A stretch of DNA of 63,295 bases, filler included, from Aduncisulcus paluster (taxonomy: Eukaryota), in the NCBI GenBank assembly GCA_024181965.1. It is 7 parts of 7 records of this genome, joined end to end, with 100 filler letters (N's around TTAATTAATTAA, not from the genome) between each part and the next. Parts side by side here need not be neighbours in the genome. Positions count along the whole stretch, not along the records: positions 56,280 to 59,025 come from BQXS01000151.1; positions 59,126 to 63,295 come from BQXS01000153.1; 5 more parts are not named here. One strand, 5' to 3'. The notes beneath the pieces are model-generated. The model did no database searches, was not told the DNA's origin, and was given only the letters and a program-made list of their open reading frames with translations. Positions 57,508-63,295 of the stretch are shown here, piece by piece (the stretch's first letter is position 1; every line of letters begins with the position of its first letter). The translations under genes were made by a program, and so were the position numbers.

Positions 57508-59025
57508 ATGGAAGATTTATGTCGATTTGTGCTTCTTAGTGATGGCGAAGGAGTTGATCAAAGCACTCTAGATCGCTTCGCTTCCCAGCTCTCTCAAATG
57601 GAAGATGGTCCAACAGATATACCATTTTTCTCGTCGAAAAAGGATGATATATCTGATTTAATTTCACATTTGTGTCTTGTAGATCAAGATCAGCTCCCTG
57701 AACAATATGATATTCCATTGCAGGATATGATGAAGATCAGAGCTAATCCTTTCACTGTTCCATCCTCAACAGATACTCCAGGTTCTTTTTATATGGCATC
57801 CCATTCCGAAGATGAAGTTGAATTGATTCGAAAAGGAATTAGTAAGGAAGGCCATTCAAATTCATACATGCGAGGATTATTGGAAAGAGAACAGCAAAAA
57901 TATTTAAGAGATACCGGAAAAGGGATAGAATATCGCGAGACATTGCCTTCTAAGGATTTAACGAGCCTCGAATCCCAAAAACATCATAGTAACGCAAAAA
58001 CTCAAAAAAGTAGACAAAATCGTGATTCAGAATGTGAACAATCTCTTCATGATGATCAATGTCCACCTTTGAAGTCTGATGTCTCCTCAGATCACGATAG
58101 TTCAAAACGTAGGGATTCAGCCCCGTCTGAGTCGAAAGATATCCAACCAATCCCTAAAACTGCCACCGATTCTTCTCTTTGCGACTCGTCTGATGCTGCC
58201 TCGGATCCTGCTGATCGGCGAAGATCTTCTCCCTCCCGTCGTAAAATCAAGCAATCCCCATCCTCTTCTCCTCTTTTACATCAGTCAGCGTCGCATTATC
58301 CTTCTTTTTTTAGATCTTCTTTCCCTGTTCACCATCTTGGACATTCAGGACAACCTGAGCTGAAAGGTACCAAACATGTTCAGAAAAATCCTCGGCACAG
58401 TCGTCCTCACCCACTCGTGAACTATTCTTCGAAACAGGGTCATATTCATTCTTCTTCTTCTCCTTCTGCATCATCTCCCGACCATCATCTCTTCTCGGAC
58501 TCTGCTCCTTCTGCCCTCCTCGCCGAGATTCTCTCCCAATCGGTCTACCAAGGAGAATACGATTCAAGGACACACAAGCTTCTGTCTGCATTGTTTCCGC
58601 AGTTTCTGTCTAATTCCAAAATCAACAGAGTGATACGAGAGAAAGCGGCTATCCAGAAGAGACGTCAGTTAAAGCTCCAACAATACGCTCAATCATCTGC
58701 CAGCAAGCGTGCCGAGCATCGGGATTCCCCTTCGGTCGCTGTCAAAGAACAACATCATGATGATACTGGAATTCAAATGGGTCCTCAAGAAGGTGATGTG
58801 AGTCCTCGGGAAGAACGATCCGAATACTCTGATCATTCGCATTCAGATGAGCATAACCATGATGTTGTATCCTTCTCTGTGTCTGCAGATGGAAAGATCA
58901 ATATATCCCCCTCTCATTCATCGTTACCTCCCCTCTCTTCCTCTTCCTCTTCCTCTTCCTCTTCCTCTTCCTCTTCCTCTTCCTCTTCTTCTTCCTCTAA
59001 CATTGATATCCTCGTGTCTTCTGAG
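57508..59025 (+). CDS. Low-complexity Ser/His-rich hypothetical protein, 3'-truncated
   Basis: >500-codon ORF from ATG 57508 to the contig end; (TCTTCC)n poly-Ser at ~58935..58997. Confidence 0.8.
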
Positions 59026-59125
59026 NNNNNNNNNNNNNNNNNNNNNNNNNNNNNNNNNNNNNNNNNNNNTTAATTAATTAANNNNNNNNNNNNNNNNNNN
59101 NNNNNNNNNNNNNNNNNNNNNNNNN

Positions 59126-61278
59126 GAATCAACAGAGTCTTCATCATACAGAGGGATTAATGTATCAAGATCGGGCATGAAGGATCGACGATGTTCTATC
59201 ACTTGGTCATGTTCATCCTGCACTCGTTGAGCCACAGACACAGATTGTCCAGCAACTCGGACAGACAAAGCACTGAGTTCACTCTGGAGGGATATGCAAG
59301 TACGTTCCAACATCGATCCTTGCTGATCAGAATGTTGATGATGTTGACCAATGAGGGAAATGGTATCTTCAAGCTGTTTGGAATGACCATCAAGATCTGA
59401 TCGATGTTCAGAGATTGTAGTCGTGTGTTTAGTGATTGTTGTTTGCAGCTGAGATGTGGTACTAAGAAGGGTTGTGATCTGTTCTGATTGTGCTGTGATC
59501 TGCTTGCCTTGAGTTGTGATTTGGTTAGCTTGGATATTGATCTTTTTTGTTTGAGCTGTAATCCGCTTCGATTGTGATTTTATCTGTTCGGATTGTTTGT
59601 GGATTGTTTCTTCTTGCTTCCGAATAACATCACCTTGAGTGGTAAGGATGGTAGAAATGGATTCAATTTGTTTTTGCTTCTCTGAAAAATCAGATTTGTA
59701 TTCAGAAATTGAAGATTGATGCACAACGATCTGTTTGGCTTGTGCTGTGATCTGCTTGCCTTGAGTTTTAAGATCCTTCTCTTGTGTTCTAATCTGTTCT
59801 GCTTGAGTATGAATAAGGGACTTACAAGAGGATATTTCAGACATCTGTTTTTGGATTGTTTCTTCCTGCTTCCGAATAACATTACCTTGGGTTGTAATTT
59901 TTGTCTGAAGGGAGTCAATTTGCTTCTTGTTGCCTGAAAGTTGACTAACAAGAGAATCAATCTGTTTGCCAACTTGATCTCTCCATTTGCGTGTAATTTC
60001 TTCTGGATTATCAATAAAACGAATTCCTCCGAAAAAGTTATGATCATATACTCCACCCCAAGTTTCTTGGATCAGAATTTCACAAGATACAACGTTGGGA
60101 AGATCCACAGGAAACGAAATCCAAAACCATGAGGGTTCACTTCGATCAACTATTTCATATTTCTTAACAATCCTCTTTCCAGAAGAATCTGTGAATGTAG
60201 CATCAAATCGCTTGACTCCATTGGCCCAATTGTGAGTTAAAAGACAAAACTCCCCAAAATAATGAGGATATGTGAAAGGAAGATATAGGGAAGGGAAGAA
60301 ATAGAGGCCTCCCTCTCCAGCTAAAAATTTTTCCAAATCAGTTTGTCCATTTCCATTAGTAAACCGACAAGATGCCTCTGTAACATCAACCATAACAACT
60401 TGGGGGTGATTAACAGGATATAGACCACATAATACCTTAGAATCCAGCGATTTACCTGGGTAAATTTCCATGCATTCTCCTGGAATACATGGTTGATCAA
60501 TGAATTCAAAGTCTTTTGTGAGGAATCGGATGGAATATAAACGGCTTGATTCAACAACACTCCTATCCCAACATTTGAGGCTTTCAAGGTCACATTGCAC
60601 AATATCATCCAGATCAACAGGAAAAAGTTGCCAAGAGAATTTCCCACTGGGCTTTGCATATTCATATTCCTTGACAACCCTTGCTCCAGTCGAAGTTGTA
60701 AATGTTGCATTGAATTCCTTTACACTTTTGGGACTTTCATGGTAACTCACACAAAAATATTGAACATTNNNNNNNNNNNNNNNNNNNNGGATGGAATATA
60801 AACGGCTTGATTCAACAACACTCCTATCCCAACATTTGAGGCTTTCAAGGTCACATTGCACAATATCATCCAGATCAACAGGAAAAAGTTGCCAAGAGAA
60901 TTTCCCACTGGGCTTTGCATATTCATATTCCTTGACAACCCTTGCTCCAGTCGAAGTTGTAAATGTTGCATTGAATTCCTTTACACTTTTGGGACTTTCA
61001 TGGTAACTCACACAAAAATATTGAACATTATGTGGACTAACAAAAGGAAAGTGAATTCGCTTCTCGAATTCGATGTAACCTTCAGTATTTGATAAAAACT
61101 GTTTCATATTAGCTCCACCAAGATGATAATCAACCGAAGCATACCCTTCATAAATTTTAACAAGTTCAGAAGGATGGATGGGGAATGGGTCGGTGTAAAG
61201 GTGGGGAGAATCAGCATATTTGCATTCTTTTTTCTCCTTCCGATTATATCGAAGTAATTTCCCGGTTATTTTTACCAT
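59126..61278 (-). CDS. Two copies of the ~170-aa repeat-family domain followed by a long Gln/Thr/Ile heptad coiled coil; 3'-truncated
   Basis: DPFPIHP...IHFPF...FNATFTTSTG...KEYE...WQLFPVDLDDIVQC and GLYPVNHP...LYLPF...FDATFTDSSG...KKYE...FPVDLPNVVSCEI, then QxxQIxx heptads. 60528..60768 = 60789..61029 is a gap duplicate. Confidence 0.88.
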
Positions 61279-61538
61279 TTCAGGTCAAATATAAGAATAT
61301 ATTTAAAATTTCTGAATAGTGGACAAAATAAATGTCGCCAAAAGGGAGCTAGCAGAATAAATAGTTTGGGGAGCCGGTGAATCGCCGGCTGCTACCGAGA
61401 TCACAAATCCTTCTCTTCACAGGCCTTTGTTAACCATCACAATTTCAATCTAGCAAGAAAAATTTATTATCATGAAATTATATTTCTCAAATCCAGGTTA
61501 TTTTCCAATATTATCGAATTGTTGCATGATCAGATAGA

Positions 61539-61571
61539 ATCGTCGCCACTGGCGATGGTGGCATCATCTAG
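61539..61571 (+). mobile_element. Possible Helitron 3' terminus (hairpin + CTAG)
   Basis: GC-rich hairpin ATCGTCGCC-ACT-GGCGATGGT, 8-nt spacer, CTAG followed by T. No Rep/helicase sequence and no defined 5' end. Confidence 0.3.
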
Positions 61572-62304
61572 TAATACTATTTTCTGTTAAATTATAGTGC
61601 CAATTATATTTAAAAAATGACGGTATCATTTATCTCTATGTATAATTCACTTTAACTGATTGATTTTTTGAATAATGAAATTGTATGATTTCGGGAGAAT
61701 TAATCAGAATTTAGTTGCAGTATTGTATAATCAACATACGATTGATCAAGACTTTGAGACCTATTATTGCTTTCTTATAATNNNNNNNNNNNNNNNNNNN
61801 NTCACAGGCCTTTGTTAACCATCACAATTTCAATCTAGCAAGAAAAATTTATTATCATGAAATTATATTTCTCAAATCCAGGTTATTTTCCAATATTATC
61901 GAATTGTTGCATGATCAGATAGAATCGTCGCCACTGGCGATGGTGGCATCATCTAGTAATACTATTTTCTGTTAAATTATAGTGCCAATTATATTTAAAA
62001 AATGACGGTATCATTTATCTCTATGTATAATTCACTTTAACTGATTGATTTTTTGAATAATGAAATTGTATGATTTCGGGAGAATTAATCAGAATTTAGT
62101 TGCAGTATTGTATAATCAACATACGATTGATCAAGACTTTGACACCTATTATTGCTTTCTTATAATCAATATCATCAGGAAATGGAAATGATTGGGGATA
62201 TCGTTTTTACTAGGATAATGAATATATATATTGACCATATGATTCAAATACATTATCACTATATTTATAAATGTCATATAAAATATGAGAACTGTTCGTT
62301 TCTA

Positions 62305-63295
62305 CTACTTCCTCCCAAGCTTCTTCATGCACCATTCGTAGATGTTCTTGAAGAAGATGACAGCTCCTCCCCATAATGTACCAAGTAAGATCTTTCCTCT
62401 CTCAGCCCACTCAGCACGTTTCATCCAAAACTCTTCAAACATATACTTGTGAACGTCGTGGACTTTCCGGATGATTGCATCCACTTGTTCCGTCTTCACG
62501 ATATTGAAATAGACAAGACAGAAGCCGACCAACAGACTCACACCAACGATGATAACAGATCCAATAAACAAGTTCAGAATCTTCCTCGAGGTCGTGCCTT
62601 TCCCACGGGCAGTGTCCACGGCACGCTGCAACTCTGTCTTAGGCTTGCACTCGGGGAGCACAGAAACAATGGCAGGAATGCTATCTTTGATGAGTTTACG
62701 CACCAGACGAAGTCCAGGTTTGTCCAACTCGATCTCATTCCCACTTGCGAGGGTGTTGAGACCACGGGAGAACTCCATCAAAATGCTTGGATTTTCAACG
62801 GCACTCTCCTTGAAGAGCTTGAAGGCGTCCGTGTCGTTGGAGATGCTGGAGAGAAGGATGAAGGCAGAACGATGACCATGCATGATTGTCAACGACTTCT
62901 TATAGTTGAAGGCAGCAACATAGAGCTTCACAGCATCGACAGAATTGTATCCTTGCTCAAGCCAAGCCAATGAGAACAGGGAATGGGCCAATGAGGCCAT
63001 CTGAGCATTCACATGAGAACCATCTCTGTGCGCTTGAACAAGCCAAAACAAATGTGGCATGATGGACGGGGGAAACTCGGCCGCAGTGGAACTCACATCA
63101 TGCTCAGGAGTCGAGCGACGGTGACACAGACCAAGGGCACACCACAGAGCGGCATGGAGCTCCCTCTTGGAATGCTTGCGGCTGGAACAGAACTGAAGGA
63201 AGAGAGGAAGCACGGTGGAACGACCCAAGTAAGACCCAAGAAGGGCAATGGCGAAGATCTGGAGCTCGTTTGTCATACGGGTCTCCTTGATCACC
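62305..63295 (-). CDS. 3' part of a hypothetical helical protein with a C-terminal transmembrane segment
   Basis: Frame open from the right edge to tandem TAG TAG; hydrophobic LFIGSVIIVGVSLLVGFCLVYF. Confidence 0.82.
   Translation of the reverse strand, partial: VIKETRMTNELQIFAIALLGSYLGRSTVLPLFLQFCSSRKHSKRELHAALWCALGLCHRRSTPEHDVSSTAAEFPPSIMPHLFWLVQAHRDGSHVNAQMASLAHSLFSLAWLEQGYNSVDAVKLYVAAFNYKKSLTIMHGHRSAFILLSSISNDTDAFKLFKESAVENPSILMEFSRGLNTLASGNEIELDKPGLRLVRKLIKDSIPAIVSVLPECKPKTELQRAVDTARGKGTTSRKILNLFIGSVIIVGVSLLVGFCLVYFNIVKTEQVDAIIRKVHDVHKYMFEEFWMKRAEWAERGKILLGTLWGGAVIFFKNIYEWCMKKLGRK

Noticed and set aside
58935-58997. (TCTTCC)n and (GAA/GAG)n microsatellites
   Set aside because: They encode poly-Ser and poly-Glu tracts common in these proteins and are not independent elements.
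1-63295. Genome-wide stop-codon reassignment (TAA/TAG=Gln as in hexamitids, or TGA=Trp)
   Set aside because: Multi-kb ORFs are open in the standard code, and recognisable proteins end at TAA, TAG and TGA at sensible positions.

Overview
This window is eukaryotic, gene-dense, intron-poor protist DNA in the standard genetic code. Protein style and expanded families resemble the Carpediemonas-like fornicate Aduncisulcus; that is an inference, not verified. It is not one locus: seven contigs are joined by artificial N44-TTAATTAATTAA-N44 linkers (25542-25641, 31116-31215, 46211-46310, 54568-54667, 56180-56279, 59026-59125). Ten 20-N gaps have directly duplicated flanks that falsely split or duplicate several genes and the tRNA. 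Recognisable genes: RI-like LRR/coiled-coil protein, GOST/TMEM87-like 7TM protein, pseudokinase-WD40 protein, RCC1-repeat protein, LRR/EGF-like surface protein, importin-alpha-like ARM protein, MFS and Aa_trans transporters, a Pus1/TruA 3' part, four members of an uncharacterised ~170-aa repeat-domain family, and several large hypothetical proteins. Mobile remnants: two chromodomain-bearing LTR retroelement 3' ends, a PIF/Harbinger-like right end, a Tc1/IS630-like HTH fragment and a shuffled thioredoxin fragment. Most notable: (1) a tRNA-Trp(CCA) with a U27:U43 mismatch, giving a 4-bp anticodon stem, the architecture linked to UGA readthrough, in a genome where UGA still ends genes; (2) the expanded novel domain family; (3) the chromodomain LTR elements; (4) repeated perfect, often chained palindromes in intergenic DNA.
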